A stretch of 64,000 nucleotides of DNA from an uncultured Desulfarculus sp. (GTDB lineage: Bacteria > Desulfobacterota > Desulfarculia > Desulfarculales > Desulfarculaceae), in assembly GCA_963665125.2 (NCBI GenBank), contig CAXXUK010000001.1:608001-672000 (forward strand), given 5' to 3'. A program made the position numbers and the translations under genes. Each line of letters opens with the position of its first letter. Within the stretch, counting starts at the first letter, position 1. Shown here piece after piece: positions 49,826 to 60,129 of this stretch. The notes under the pieces were generated by a model. That model worked only from the letters and a program-made list of their open reading frames with translations, searched no databases and was not told the origin of the DNA.

Positions 49826-49865
49826 AAAGAAAACCCGGCGGAGGCGAGGGGCCTCCGTCGGGTTT
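49826..49865 (-). terminator. Terminator of the RND operon
   Basis: Minus strand AAACCCGACGGAGGC/GCCTCCGCCGGGTTT stem followed by TCTTT. Confidence 0.8.
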
Positions 49866-49881
49866 GCAGGCATAACATGAC

Positions 49882-52800
49882 TCAGGCGCTGTGCGTTTCA
49901 CCGGCCTGGGGCGCCTTGCCCCTGAATTTGGCGATTCGTAGTTGAGCGTCATCCAGAATCAGGTAGCCGCAGGGAATCAGCAACAGGGTGATCGCCGTGG
50001 CGAACAGCACGCCGAAACCAAGGCTGATGGCCATGGGTATGAGGAACTGGGCCTGGAGGCTGCGTTCAAGGATCATCGGGACCAGGCCGAAGAAGGTGGT
50101 CAGTGATGTGAGGATAATGGCCCGGAAACGCAGGGGGCCCGCCTGCCTGATGGCATCCCAGGCGCTGAGACCTTCTTCCTCGCGCAGGCGGTTGGCCGCG
50201 TGGATCAGCACCAGCGAATCGTTGACGACAACGCCGGTGAGGCCCACCATGCCCAGCAGACTGAGCATGCTAAGGTTCTTGGCCATCAGCATATGGCCGG
50301 CCACCGCGCCGATGATGCCGAAGGGTATGGCCGCCATGACGATGAGCGGCTGGGAAAAGCTGCGGAACGGCACGGCCAGCAGGGCGTAGATAACGAACAA
50401 TGCGATGATCATGCTGCGCTGCACGTCGGCCAGGGATTCGGCCTGTTCCCGGCCCTCGCCCTCCATGGTGTAGCGCAGTCCGGTGTATTGATTGGCCAAC
50501 TCCGGCAACACCGTGGCGCCCAGCCAGGCCCGGATCTCCGAGGCGTTGGCGACCTCTTCGTCCACGTCGGCGTAGACCTTGATCACCTTGCGGCGCTGGG
50601 CCCTTTCGATGCTGTTGTAGCCTTGTTTCATGGTCACTTCGGCCACTTCGCTGAACGGAATCTCCGTGCCGTCGGCCAGGCGGATGCGCATTGTTTCGAT
50701 GTCGGATACGGAACGGCGCTGTCCTTCGGGGTAGCGCACCAGGACCTTTACCTCATCCTGGTCACGCTGGATGCGCAGGGCCTCGGCCCCGTAGAACGCG
50801 GCGCGGACCTGCCGGGCCAGGTCGGCCAGGCTGAGCCCCAGGGGCTTGGCCGTGGGCTTGAGACCCAGCTGCATCTCCGGCTTGCCCGCCAGGAAGCTGT
50901 CTTCAATATCGAATACGCCGTTGTAATCGGCCAGCTTGGCCTTGAGGTCTTCGGAGGCCAGGATCAGCATGTCCTCGTCAGGCGCTGAAATGTGAACCTC
51001 GATGGCGTTGCCCGCGCTGAACAACTGGCTGGAGAAGGTCAGGGTTTCCACTCCGGGCACGTCGCCGACGCGTTCGCGCCAGCGCTTGACCAAATCAAAG
51101 GTGGATATGTCGCGATCTTCGCCGCCGAGGACCTCCACCCAGACATTGGCCAGGTGGCCGCCGGTGGTCAGGTCCTGGGCTCCGCCACCTCTGGTGGTGA
51201 CCCGGCCGCCTACAAAAGACATGCTGTACTTGATCAGGGGCGTCGCTCCCTCGGGCCTCTCCTTTTTGTCGATTTCAGCCAACACGTCCCTTGCTGATTT
51301 TTCAAGCAGTTCCACGACCTTAACCGTTTCCCATACCGGCGAGCCCGATGGCATGACCAACTCGGCGGTCATTACGTCGTGCTCAACCTTGGGGAACAGT
51401 GAGAACTTGATCCAGCCGCCGGCGATGAATCCCATGGTGATAAGGATCATCCCGATGCCGCAGGCCACAACGGCGTAGCGCCAGCGCAGGCAAAAATCCA
51501 GAAAGCGGCGGTAGGGACCGTTGATGAAATGCCTGAGCCAAACCGCGGTCTTTTTCTCCTTTTTACCACGCGACACCTTGAGTTTGGAGCGCTGCAAGTG
51601 GGCGGGCAGGATGAACAGACACTCCACCAGAGAGGCCAACAGCACCAGGATAACCACGATGGGGATGTTGCGCATGAATTTGCCCATCTGGCCGGTGGCC
51701 TGGACCAGGGGCCAGAACGCGGCCACGGTGGTCAACACGCTGAAGATGACCGGACGGCCGATGGCGATGGTGCCTTCGACGGCGGCCTTGAGCGGCGGCA
51801 CTCCTTGTTCGCGCAGGCTGAAGACGTGCTCGCCCACCACGATGGCGTCGTCGACCACGATGCCCAAGACCAGGATAAAGGCGAACAGGCTGATCATGTT
51901 GATGGACACATCGAAATAAGGCAGGGCCATGATGCCCGCCAAAAACGAGATGGGTATGCCCAGGGTGACCCAGAAGGCCAGGCGGATGTTGAGAAAAGCG
52001 CTCAACAGCAGCGACACCAGGACCAAACCCAGGACCATGTTGCGGGTGAGCAGGTTCAGACGGTCCCTGAGGATCTTGGAGTGGTCGGATAGGGTGTCTA
52101 TCTGGATGCCCGGAGGCATGGTCGGAGCCTTTTCCTCGACATATTCCTTGACCATGCGGGCGACGTCCAGGGCGTTTTGGTCGGCAACGCGATAGACGCG
52201 CACCATCACGGCGTGTTCTCCCTGGAAGCGGAACTCCATGTCCACGTCGTCCTGGAAGCCTTCCTTGATCTCGGCGATCTGGCCCAGCAGCACCTTGCTG
52301 CCGTCGGGATTGGTCAGGATCGGCACATCATAGTATTCCTTGGCCAGGTACTTGCGGCCCTTGGCCCGAACCAGGATCTCGCCGCCATCGGTCTTGATGG
52401 TGCCGGCCGGCAGGTCAAGGGAAAAGCTGCGCACCTTTTGGGCCACCTGCTCCAGGGTGAGGCCGTAGCGTTGCAGGGTCTGCTCCGGGATTTCAATATG
52501 GATGCGGCCCGTGCGGTTGCCCAGAAACTCGGCCAGGGTGATGCCCGGCATGTTGGTCAGGTCGTCGCGGATGTCTTCGGCCATCTTTTTGATGGATGCC
52601 TCGGGCGCGTCGCCGAACACGGCCACCCAGACGACCTGGTTGCGGGCCGTCACCTCCCGGATCACCGGCTTTTCCGCCTCGTCGGGCATGGTGGTGATGC
52701 GGTCGACCTCGCTTTTAACGTCGTCCAAGAGCTTTTGGGTGTCCCAGCCCTGCATGACTTCCACCAGGACCGTGGCATAGCCTTCGCTGGACGAGGAATC

Positions 52801-53043
52801 AATACGCTTTACGCCTTCTAGGCCGGCGACTTTTTCCTCGATGCGGCGTACAACGCCTTCTTCCACCTCGGCCGGGGAGGCTCCGGGATATTCAACGGTT
52901 ATGGCGATCTTGTCCAGGCTGAACTCGGGGAACGTCTCCAGTTTGATGCTGAAAACCGTGACCAAACCGCCGATCGTCAGAAACAACATCAGCAGGTTGG
53001 CCGCCACATGGTTTTCGGCAAACCAGGCGATCATCTTTGACAT
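49882..53043 (-). CDS. RND efflux permease (AcrB/AcrD/AcrF family)
   Basis: 1053 aa; GIVVDDAIVVGE, GVVVNDSLV, RFRAIILTSLTT. Confidence 0.95.
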   Translation of the reverse strand: MSKMIAWFAENHVAANLLMLFLTIGGLVTVFSIKLETFPEFSLDKIAITVEYPGASPAEVEEGVVRRIEEKVAGLEGVKRIDSSSSEGYATVLVEVMQGWDTQKLLDDVKSEVDRITTMPDEAEKPVIREVTARNQVVWVAVFGDAPEASIKKMAEDIRDDLTNMPGITLAEFLGNRTGRIHIEIPEQTLQRYGLTLEQVAQKVRSFSLDLPAGTIKTDGGEILVRAKGRKYLAKEYYDVPILTNPDGSKVLLGQIAEIKEGFQDDVDMEFRFQGEHAVMVRVYRVADQNALDVARMVKEYVEEKAPTMPPGIQIDTLSDHSKILRDRLNLLTRNMVLGLVLVSLLLSAFLNIRLAFWVTLGIPISFLAGIMALPYFDVSINMISLFAFILVLGIVVDDAIVVGEHVFSLREQGVPPLKAAVEGTIAIGRPVIFSVLTTVAAFWPLVQATGQMGKFMRNIPIVVILVLLASLVECLFILPAHLQRSKLKVSRGKKEKKTAVWLRHFINGPYRRFLDFCLRWRYAVVACGIGMILITMGFIAGGWIKFSLFPKVEHDVMTAELVMPSGSPVWETVKVVELLEKSARDVLAEIDKKERPEGATPLIKYSMSFVGGRVTTRGGGAQDLTTGGHLANVWVEVLGGEDRDISTFDLVKRWRERVGDVPGVETLTFSSQLFSAGNAIEVHISAPDEDMLILASEDLKAKLADYNGVFDIEDSFLAGKPEMQLGLKPTAKPLGLSLADLARQVRAAFYGAEALRIQRDQDEVKVLVRYPEGQRRSVSDIETMRIRLADGTEIPFSEVAEVTMKQGYNSIERAQRRKVIKVYADVDEEVANASEIRAWLGATVLPELANQYTGLRYTMEGEGREQAESLADVQRSMIIALFVIYALLAVPFRSFSQPLIVMAAIPFGIIGAVAGHMLMAKNLSMLSLLGMVGLTGVVVNDSLVLIHAANRLREEEGLSAWDAIRQAGPLRFRAIILTSLTTFFGLVPMILERSLQAQFLIPMAISLGFGVLFATAITLLLIPCGYLILDDAQLRIAKFRGKAPQAGETHSA

Positions 53044-53048
53044 CGTCT

Positions 53049-54227
53049 TTACTCCCCGGCGGCCTTGTCGGCTACACGCACGGCCATGCCGTCGGTGACG
53101 AGTTTCATGTTGGTGACGACGACCTTGGCGCCGTCGGGCAGCCCCGGACTTATCAGGGCCTTGTCGCTGAACAGGCGGATCACATTGACTTTGTGGAACT
53201 TCAGGCGGTTGACCTTGTCCACCAGCCAGACCGTATCGTCGTTATGCAGGGACCAGCGCGGCAGTTCGGTGGCCGACGGAATGCCGTGGCCCATGATATT
53301 GACCTTGACGTACATGCCCACGGCCAGGGGCGGTGTGGTGTCATAAGGCTTGGGAACCTGGATGACCACCGGAACCAGTCTGGTCCTGGGGTCCAATTCG
53401 CCGGCCGAGCGCACCACCTGGCCGCTCCACTTGAGGTCCTGGCCGCCGAAGTTGGCCATCACCTCGGCCTTGGACCCGGGGCCGCTGGTGGCGGTCAGGC
53501 CCGGCACGTCGATCCAGGCCAGATCGCGGTCGTTAAGGTTAACCGTTATCTCCGCGGTCTCGGTGGAATAAATGTTGGCCACTGTTTGGCCCTTTACCAG
53601 GTATTGGCCTTGGTCAATGTGCTTGCTCACCACCCGGCCGTCGAACGGCGCCTTCAGGGAGGTGCGCTTCAATGAGAGACGGGCTTTGTCCAGGGCCGCC
53701 TTGGCCGCTTCCAGGGCCGCCTTGGCCGCTTCAAGATGGGGCTCCTTGGCCACCAGGGGCGGAGGCGAATCACTGCCGCCCTTGCCCAGATTGAGGCGGG
53801 ACCATTCCTCCTTGGCTACAACGACCTCTTCCTGGGCCAGTTGCAGGTTCTTTTCCGCGGTTTGGACCTCGGCCTTGCGTAAAATCACATCCAACTTGTA
53901 ATCTGCCGGATCGATCTTGACCAGTTCTTGGCCCCTCTTGAAGGAACCGCCCGGCACCAGTTGCTCGGAAACATAAACCACCGTACCAGCCACCTCTGCC
54001 GAGAGCGTGCCCCGGTGCAGGGGCGAGACGGCTCCCTGGCCCTCCACGATGGCCACCATGTCGCCGGTTTCAAACACCTGCACCCGTACCAGCGGTTTGT
54101 GCTCGACCTCCTGGCGTTTGGCCAAGGGCTTTTTGGCCATGGTCAGGGCCACCATCAACACCACGCCCAAGACCAGAAAGCCAAGAGACAGCGCTATTTG
54201 AATCTTGCGTTTGGATTTAACCTTCAT
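53049..54227 (-). CDS. RND membrane fusion protein
   Basis: N-terminal TM segment, lipoyl-like EVAGTV, APFDGRV, DPRTR; start ATG 54227. Confidence 0.92.
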   Translation of the reverse strand: MKVKSKRKIQIALSLGFLVLGVVLMVALTMAKKPLAKRQEVEHKPLVRVQVFETGDMVAIVEGQGAVSPLHRGTLSAEVAGTVVYVSEQLVPGGSFKRGQELVKIDPADYKLDVILRKAEVQTAEKNLQLAQEEVVVAKEEWSRLNLGKGGSDSPPPLVAKEPHLEAAKAALEAAKAALDKARLSLKRTSLKAPFDGRVVSKHIDQGQYLVKGQTVANIYSTETAEITVNLNDRDLAWIDVPGLTATSGPGSKAEVMANFGGQDLKWSGQVVRSAGELDPRTRLVPVVIQVPKPYDTTPPLAVGMYVKVNIMGHGIPSATELPRWSLHNDDTVWLVDKVNRLKFHKVNVIRLFSDKALISPGLPDGAKVVVTNMKLVTDGMAVRVADKAAGE

Positions 54228-55669
54228 GATTGATTTCCCTTGGCCGTACGGGTTTGATTTGGTTGATCCCATCCACCGCCCAAAGCGCGGTGCAGGCTAA
54301 CGCGGTTGCTGAGGATGGCAAACTCAGTGAGAACCAGTTGATCTTCCAGGCTGTAGCGGGTGAATTGGGCCTCCAGGACCTGCAAGTAATCGCTCAGTCC
54401 ACGGATATAGCGGCTCTGGGCCGCGTCCTGGGTGGCAACGGCCTCCTTGAGGGCGGCCTTGACCAGTTCCCTCCGGGCCAGTTGCTCCTTGCGGGTCAGC
54501 AGGGCGTCCTCAACTTCTGAAAAAGCGGTGAGCACGCTTTTGGCCCAGGAGGCCACACCCTGGCGATAACGGGCTTCGGCCTGGCGCTGCCGGGCTTCCC
54601 GCAGCCCAGCATCGAATACGGGCGCCAGAATGCCCAGAGCCATATTCCATAATTCGTTCTGGGGACGCACCAACTGCTCCAGTTGGGTGCTGGAATAGCC
54701 CCAACTGCCAGTCAGGCTGATGGTGGGGAAACGCGCCGCCTTGGCCGCGCCGATGCGCGAGGTCAGGGCCTGCATGTTGGCTTCGGCCGCCAGAAGGTCG
54801 GGCCGGCGCATCAATAATTCCGAGGGCAGCCCCGGCGGCACGGGCGGCAGGACTTGATAATAATCGGCGCCGATTTTGCGAGCAGGGCTGGTCTTCGGGT
54901 ATTGGCCGGTCAATACGGCCAGGGCGTGCAGGGCCTTGCCCAGTTCCTGGCGCAGGCTGGGAACCCCGGCCTTGGCATTGGCCAGGATGCGCCTTGCCTG
55001 GCGCAGGGCCAGTTCCGATGTCAGGCCCCTGACATAGCGGCCCTCCACGAATTCCATGCTCCTTTGGTAGGCATAAATGCTAGACTCGGTGACCTGGAGC
55101 CGCCTTTCCTGGGTCTGCACGGTGAGGTGATAGACCACCACATTGGCAATCACCGTTTGGGCGATGGTGCGGCGGGTCTCCTCGGCGTTTAGCAATTCCG
55201 CCTTTGAGGCTTCTTCCAACCTGGCCAGACGCCCCCAAAGGTCAACCTCAAAGGTGGCGGCCACGGCGAGGTTGTAATTTTCGGTTTCCGCCGCGCCGGC
55301 CAAAAGCGACTGGGTGCGCTGTTTGCCGCCCGAGCCCTTGATATCCACTTGGGGGTAACGGGCGGCACGTGCCTGGCCGAACAACGCCTGCAACTCGTCC
55401 ACCCTGGCCGTGGCCTGGGCCAGGTCCTGGTTGCGCTGCAGGGCCATCTCCACCAGGCGATTTAGCTCCGGGTCGCCGAAGTCTTCCCACCAACGGGTCG
55501 AGTCCTGGAATGGACCGGCTTGCCCTGCCGCCTCCTGATAGGCCGGAGGCGGTTTGACCGGCAACTCCGGCCTGGCGTAATCCGGCCCGACCTTGAGACA
55601 GCCCGCGGACAGGACCAAGGCGGCCAGGGCGGCCAAGGAAAGGCAGATTCGCATTGTTTTGGCAATCAT
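54224..55669 (-). CDS. Outer membrane efflux lipoprotein (NodT/TolC family)
   Basis: Lipobox SAGC, WWEDFGDPEL, FEVDLWG, LPSELLMRRPD, ALGGGW. Confidence 0.93.
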   Translation of the reverse strand: MIAKTMRICLSLAALAALVLSAGCLKVGPDYARPELPVKPPPAYQEAAGQAGPFQDSTRWWEDFGDPELNRLVEMALQRNQDLAQATARVDELQALFGQARAARYPQVDIKGSGGKQRTQSLLAGAAETENYNLAVAATFEVDLWGRLARLEEASKAELLNAEETRRTIAQTVIANVVVYHLTVQTQERRLQVTESSIYAYQRSMEFVEGRYVRGLTSELALRQARRILANAKAGVPSLRQELGKALHALAVLTGQYPKTSPARKIGADYYQVLPPVPPGLPSELLMRRPDLLAAEANMQALTSRIGAAKAARFPTISLTGSWGYSSTQLEQLVRPQNELWNMALGILAPVFDAGLREARQRQAEARYRQGVASWAKSVLTAFSEVEDALLTRKEQLARRELVKAALKEAVATQDAAQSRYIRGLSDYLQVLEAQFTRYSLEDQLVLTEFAILSNRVSLHRALGGGWDQPNQTRTAKGNQS

Positions 55670-56313
55670 GAACGGCCTCCATCGACATTGAAACCGTGAA
55701 TGCTGAATTCGGCGATGTGCCTTATGGATTTTTCGATTAGCCCATCAAGGAATTCCGGCCCCATCAGCGCTTCCATGATCGGCAAGACGTGCGAAAAATA
55801 GACCATCTGTCCGAAGACACTCATGCACTTGAACATGGCCTCTTGCCGGGACGTGCCGGGCATGGCCCTTTGGACTAGTTCGATAAGCACTTCATAAAAC
55901 GGTACGATAACTTCCTTGACGATCAAGTCGTAGGCCTCGGTGGGGGTGTCCAATTCCTTGTGAATCAGCCTGGCGTGGGTGGTCCGCTCCGCATGGTCCG
56001 ACAGTGGCCCATCCATGAAACAACGGATAAACACACCGATTATCTCTTCAACCGTTACGTCAGATTTTTGCTGAAGTTGCTGAAATAAGTGGAAATTTTG
56101 GGTGGCTCTCGGTATCCATCGTTGGCGGAAAACCTCCATGTACAGGTTCCACTTGCTGCCGAAATGATAATTGATCGCCGCCGTGTTGGTTTCCGCAGCT
56201 GCGGTGATTTCCCGGACGCTGACCGCCTCAAAGCCTTTATTGGCAAACAGGCGCTCCGCTTCGACGAGCAGCCGTTCCTTTGTGGGGTCGGTGTCGTTGT
56301 ATTGAGTTGCCAT
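55666..56313 (-). CDS. TetR/AcrR family regulator
   Basis: LFANKGFEAVSVREIT...INYHFGSK. Confidence 0.93.
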   Translation of the reverse strand: MATQYNDTDPTKERLLVEAERLFANKGFEAVSVREITAAAETNTAAINYHFGSKWNLYMEVFRQRWIPRATQNFHLFQQLQQKSDVTVEEIIGVFIRCFMDGPLSDHAERTTHARLIHKELDTPTEAYDLIVKEVIVPFYEVLIELVQRAMPGTSRQEAMFKCMSVFGQMVYFSHVLPIMEALMGPEFLDGLIEKSIRHIAEFSIHGFNVDGGRS

Positions 56314-56341
56314 GGATATTCTCTCAAATGTTAGTTTAAAG

Positions 56342-56372
56342 CAACTGTAACAAACAGTTGTTTGAAACGCAA
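56342..56372 (-). promoter_or_regulatory. sigma70 promoter of the tetR-RND operon with operator in the spacer
   Basis: Minus strand TTGCGT-N17-TACAGT; palindrome CAAACA-GT-TGTTTG at 56351-56364. Confidence 0.65.
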
Positions 56373-56473
56373 GTCACAAATTCCGGGATGAAAAAATTGT
56401 CTTAAATGCGCCGCTTGACCGTCAGCCCCTGGTCTGCCAACATTGAACGGACTTCTTCGCACTGGAGCCCCCA

Positions 56474-57829
56474 ATGGCCACAAACAAAACACCTCCCGCC
56501 GATCTGACGGAAATGATCCTGGAAGCCATCTCCGAGGGCGTTTTCACCGTTGACCCGGATATGAACATCACCAGTTTCAACCGGGCGGCCCAGGAGATTA
56601 CGGGGGTGCCCGTTGAAAGGGCGCTGGGCCGCAAATGTCATGAGGTGTTCCGGGCGGCCATCTGTGACGGCCAATGCCCACTGAAGGAGTCCATCAGCAC
56701 CGGCCGGCCGTCGGAAGAGGCCGAGGTGGAAATAACCAATGCCAACGGCTCGGCAGTTCCCCTGCGGGTACGGGCCGCAGCTCTGCGCGACGCAGACGGC
56801 AGGCTGCAAGGCGGTGTCGAAACATTCCGCGACGTCTCCACCGAGCGGCACCTGGTCAAACGGATAACCGAGGCCTACACCTTCTGCGACATCAAGGGCA
56901 AGAGCGAGCCCATGACCCGGTTGTTTTCGATCATGCCCGACGTGGCAGCCAGCAACAGCACCGTGTTGATCACCGGTGAGAGCGGCACGGGCAAGGAACT
57001 GGTGGCCAGGGCTCTGCACGATCTCTCCTCGCGCCATGAGGGCCCTTTCGTGGCCGTCAACTGCGGCTCCATACCCGAGACATTGATGGAAAGCGAGCTG
57101 TTCGGCCATCTTCGCGGCGCCTTTACCGGGGCCGAGCGGGAACGCCAGGGCCGGTTTGCCGCGGCAAAGGGCGGGACGCTTTTTCTGGACGAAATAGCCG
57201 AGATGCCCATAACCGTGCAGGCCAAGCTGCTGCGGGCCCTGGACCAGGGCGAGTACACGCCCCTGGGGGCCAATATGCCGTTGAAGGCCAAGGTGAGGGT
57301 GCTGGCCGCCACCAACCGCGATCTGGAGCGGGAGGCGGCCGAAGGGCGGTTTCGCCAGGATCTGTACTACCGGCTCAATGTTTTGCACCTGAGCATGCCG
57401 CCTCTCCGGGACCGCCGGGAAGACATACCGGTGCTCGTGGATTATTTTCTGGAACGACTGGCCGCCGAACGGGGCGAGGACCGCAGCGAGATCGGCTCGG
57501 CGGCCATGGGGCTGCTTTTGGAGCACAACTGGCCCGGCAATGTGCGGGAACTGCAGAACGCCCTTGAGCACGCGGTTGTGCTGGCCAGGGGCGGCCGGGT
57601 GGAGCCGCGGCATTTGCCCGAGAGCCTGCGCCGCCGCTTACGCCCACAGGTGGAACCGGTCAAGGCCGCGGCCGATCTGGATCTGGGCCACCGGGAGCAG
57701 AACGCCATCCGCCGCGCCCTGACCATGCACAAGGGGCATAGGGCCAAGGCGGCCGCCGAGTTGGGCATCAGCACCACCACGCTTTGGCGAAAAATAAAAC
57801 GCTACGGTATGGAGGCTGATTTCAATTAA
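56474..57829 (+). CDS. orpR: PAS-domain sigma54 activator, OrpR-like
   Basis: PAS with C-X8-C-X3-C (CHEVFRAAICDGQC), GESGTGKE, GAFTGA, Fis HTH; directly upstream of the orp genes. Confidence 0.8.
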   Translation: MATNKTPPADLTEMILEAISEGVFTVDPDMNITSFNRAAQEITGVPVERALGRKCHEVFRAAICDGQCPLKESISTGRPSEEAEVEITNANGSAVPLRVRAAALRDADGRLQGGVETFRDVSTERHLVKRITEAYTFCDIKGKSEPMTRLFSIMPDVAASNSTVLITGESGTGKELVARALHDLSSRHEGPFVAVNCGSIPETLMESELFGHLRGAFTGAERERQGRFAAAKGGTLFLDEIAEMPITVQAKLLRALDQGEYTPLGANMPLKAKVRVLAATNRDLEREAAEGRFRQDLYYRLNVLHLSMPPLRDRREDIPVLVDYFLERLAAERGEDRSEIGSAAMGLLLEHNWPGNVRELQNALEHAVVLARGGRVEPRHLPESLRRRLRPQVEPVKAAADLDLGHREQNAIRRALTMHKGHRAKAAAELGISTTTLWRKIKRYGMEADFN

Positions 57830-57830
57830 C

Positions 57831-57957
57831 ATTTCATGTTGAAATTAAAGCATTGCAATGTGAAACTTAGACGGCCGGCCGCTAAAGCGGTTTGGCTGTC
57901 AACTATTTGAAATGACATGACTTGAGGCCATGCGAGCCTTTTGGCACGCAGGTTGTA
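57831..57957 (+). promoter_or_regulatory. sigma54 promoter of the orp operon with tandem activator sites and IHF-like site
   Basis: ATTTCA-TGT-TGAAAT (57831-45), ATTGCA-ATG-TGAAAC (57852-66), CAACTATTTGAAA (57900-12), TTGGCACGCAGGTTGTA (57941-57). Confidence 0.72.
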
Positions 57958-58028
57958 TCTCAAAATGCGCGGCATTGGCGGCTTTTGTCGACGCCGCCAT
58001 AATGCCACCAGAGTAAAGGAACTAAATA

Positions 58029-58877
58029 ATGACGCAAGACAACAACCAACAAATGCAGAGCATGGAACCGGTGGACGCCCGCGTGGAACGGGCCCTGGCC
58101 GAGATCCGCTTCAAGATCGTGGTAATGAGCGGCAAGGGCGGAGTGGGCAAATCCACCGTGGCCGCTTATTTGGCCTTGGGTTTGGCCGACAAGGGCTACA
58201 ATGTCGGCCTGATGGACGTGGACCTGCACGGCCCGTCCATCCCCCGCATGCTGGGCCTGCGCACCAACGCCGTGGTTCAGGAAGACGAACAGCTGATCAT
58301 GCCGCTGACCTACAACAAGAACCTCAAGGTCATCAGCATCGAGTCGCTCATGCCCAATCAGGACGCCTCGGTGATCTGGCGCGGTCCGCTGAAGATCGGC
58401 GTGATCAAGCAGTTTATCGGCGACGTGCATTGGGACCATCTCGATTTCCTGATCATCGACTCTCCTCCGGGCACCGGCGACGAGCCGCTGACCGTGGCCC
58501 AGACCGTTGAAGGCGCCTATGGCCTGGTGGTCACCACCCCCCAGGAAATCGCCTTGGCCGACGTGCGCAAGTCCCTGGACTTCTGCCGTCAGTTGGAACT
58601 GCCGGTGCTGGGCGTGGTGGAAAACATGGCCGGACTGGTCTGCCCCCACTGCGGCGAAATGATCAACCTCTTCGGCAGCGGCAACGGCGGCGTGGCAGAC
58701 ATGATCAACAAGTTCGGCCTGGAGAAGCTTGCCAGCCTGCCCATGGACCCGCGTTTGATTCAGGCGGCTGACCAAGGCCGTCCCCTAAAATTAATGATGG
58801 ACGACCAGGGCGCCGGACCGGCTTATCAGGAGCTTGTCTCCGGTGTACTTGATCGGACCGCTGAAAGGAATAAGTAA
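58029..58877 (+). CDS. mrp: Mrp/NBP35 (ApbC) Fe-S carrier ATPase
   Basis: SGKGGVGKS, DVDLHGPS, WRGP, DSPPGTGD, VENM...CPHC. Confidence 0.93.
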   Translation: MTQDNNQQMQSMEPVDARVERALAEIRFKIVVMSGKGGVGKSTVAAYLALGLADKGYNVGLMDVDLHGPSIPRMLGLRTNAVVQEDEQLIMPLTYNKNLKVISIESLMPNQDASVIWRGPLKIGVIKQFIGDVHWDHLDFLIIDSPPGTGDEPLTVAQTVEGAYGLVVTTPQEIALADVRKSLDFCRQLELPVLGVVENMAGLVCPHCGEMINLFGSGNGGVADMINKFGLEKLASLPMDPRLIQAADQGRPLKLMMDDQGAGPAYQELVSGVLDRTAERNK

Positions 58878-59242
58878 TGGCAAAAATTGCTGTGAGTTCC
58901 CAGGGCCGTAATTTGGAGAGCCAGGTTGACCCCCGGTTCGGACGGGCGGCTTATTTCCTGGTGGTGGATTCCGATACCAACGAATTCATAGTTCTCGACA
59001 ACAACCAGGCCCGGGACATGGCCCAGGGCGCGGGTATTCAGGCCGCCGAATTGGTGGCCCGCTCAGGCGCCAAGACCATTGTCAGCGGCATGATCGGCCC
59101 CAAGGCCTGGCAGGCCCTGGAGGCCGCCGGCCTGGAGATCGTCCAGGAAGCCACGGGAACAGTGGCCGATGCTGTTAAGGGCTATATTGACGGCCGCTAC
59201 AAGGCCGGCGACAAACCCATGGGCGGTGGAGGCGCTTGGTGA
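58877..59242 (+). CDS. orp: NifB/NifX (dinitrogenase FeMo-cofactor binding) family protein, Orange protein-like
   Basis: KIAVSS...VDPRFGRA...GAGIQAA...GPKAWQAL...GTV. Confidence 0.85.
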   Translation: MAKIAVSSQGRNLESQVDPRFGRAAYFLVVDSDTNEFIVLDNNQARDMAQGAGIQAAELVARSGAKTIVSGMIGPKAWQALEAAGLEIVQEATGTVADAVKGYIDGRYKAGDKPMGGGGAW

Positions 59243-60129
59243 TACTGGCTGTCGCATCGGGAAAGGGAGGCACGGGCAAGACCACTGTCAGTGTGAGTTT
59301 GGCCGCCCTGTTGGCCCAGGAAGGGCCCACCACCCTGGTGGACTTGGACGTGGAAGCGCCCAACGCCCACCTGTTCGTGGAGCCGCATTGGCAGGAACAA
59401 GCCACACAATACCTGCCCGTGCCGGTGGTGGATGAATCCCGGTGCACCCGGTGCGCGGCTTGCAGCGATCTTTGCCAATTCAAGGCCATCGCCGTACTGG
59501 GCGATGTGATCGTAACCTTTGACCAGATGTGCCACGGCTGCGGCGGTTGCTGGACGGTTTGTCCGGAGCAATGCATCAGCCAAGGCCGGCGGGAGCTGGG
59601 CGAAAGCCTTTTAGGTCTTGCCGCCGACGCCGATGGCCTGCGTCTGGCAATGGGCAGGCTGCGCATCGGCGAAGCCATGAGTCCGCCGCTGATGAAAAGG
59701 GTGATGAAACTCATTCCGGCGGACGGCGACGTGATCATTGACGCGCCTCCGGGAACCTCGTGTCCGGCCATGACGGCCACTAGTTTCGCCGACGCCCTGG
59801 TGCTGGTCACCGAGCCCACGCCCTTTGGCCTGTATGACCTGTCCCTGGCCGTGGAGGCCATGCGTCCCCACGGCAAACCCATGGGCGTGATCATCAACCG
59901 GGCCGGCATGGGTGATGACCGGGTGCACGGTTATTGCCTGGAACAAGGCCTGCCCATCGTGGCGGAGATACCTTTTGACAAGAAAATTGCCGAGGGCTAC
60001 AGCAACGGCAAGAGGCTGGAGCAGATCCAGCCGGAAATAAGCAAGACGTTGAAGGATGTTATTGCCCATTTCAAGGTGCAATTGAGCGGGAACGGCGACG
60101 GGACCTGCCCTGGCGGAGATCCACGATGA
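59236..60129 (+). CDS. MinD-superfamily P-loop ATPase with 2x[4Fe-4S] insert (Orp3/4-like)
   Basis: SGKGGTGKT, CTRCAACSDLC, CHGCGGCWTVCP, DAPPGTSCP, TEPTPFG. Confidence 0.9.
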   Translation: MVILAVASGKGGTGKTTVSVSLAALLAQEGPTTLVDLDVEAPNAHLFVEPHWQEQATQYLPVPVVDESRCTRCAACSDLCQFKAIAVLGDVIVTFDQMCHGCGGCWTVCPEQCISQGRRELGESLLGLAADADGLRLAMGRLRIGEAMSPPLMKRVMKLIPADGDVIIDAPPGTSCPAMTATSFADALVLVTEPTPFGLYDLSLAVEAMRPHGKPMGVIINRAGMGDDRVHGYCLEQGLPIVAEIPFDKKIAEGYSNGKRLEQIQPEISKTLKDVIAHFKVQLSGNGDGTCPGGDPR

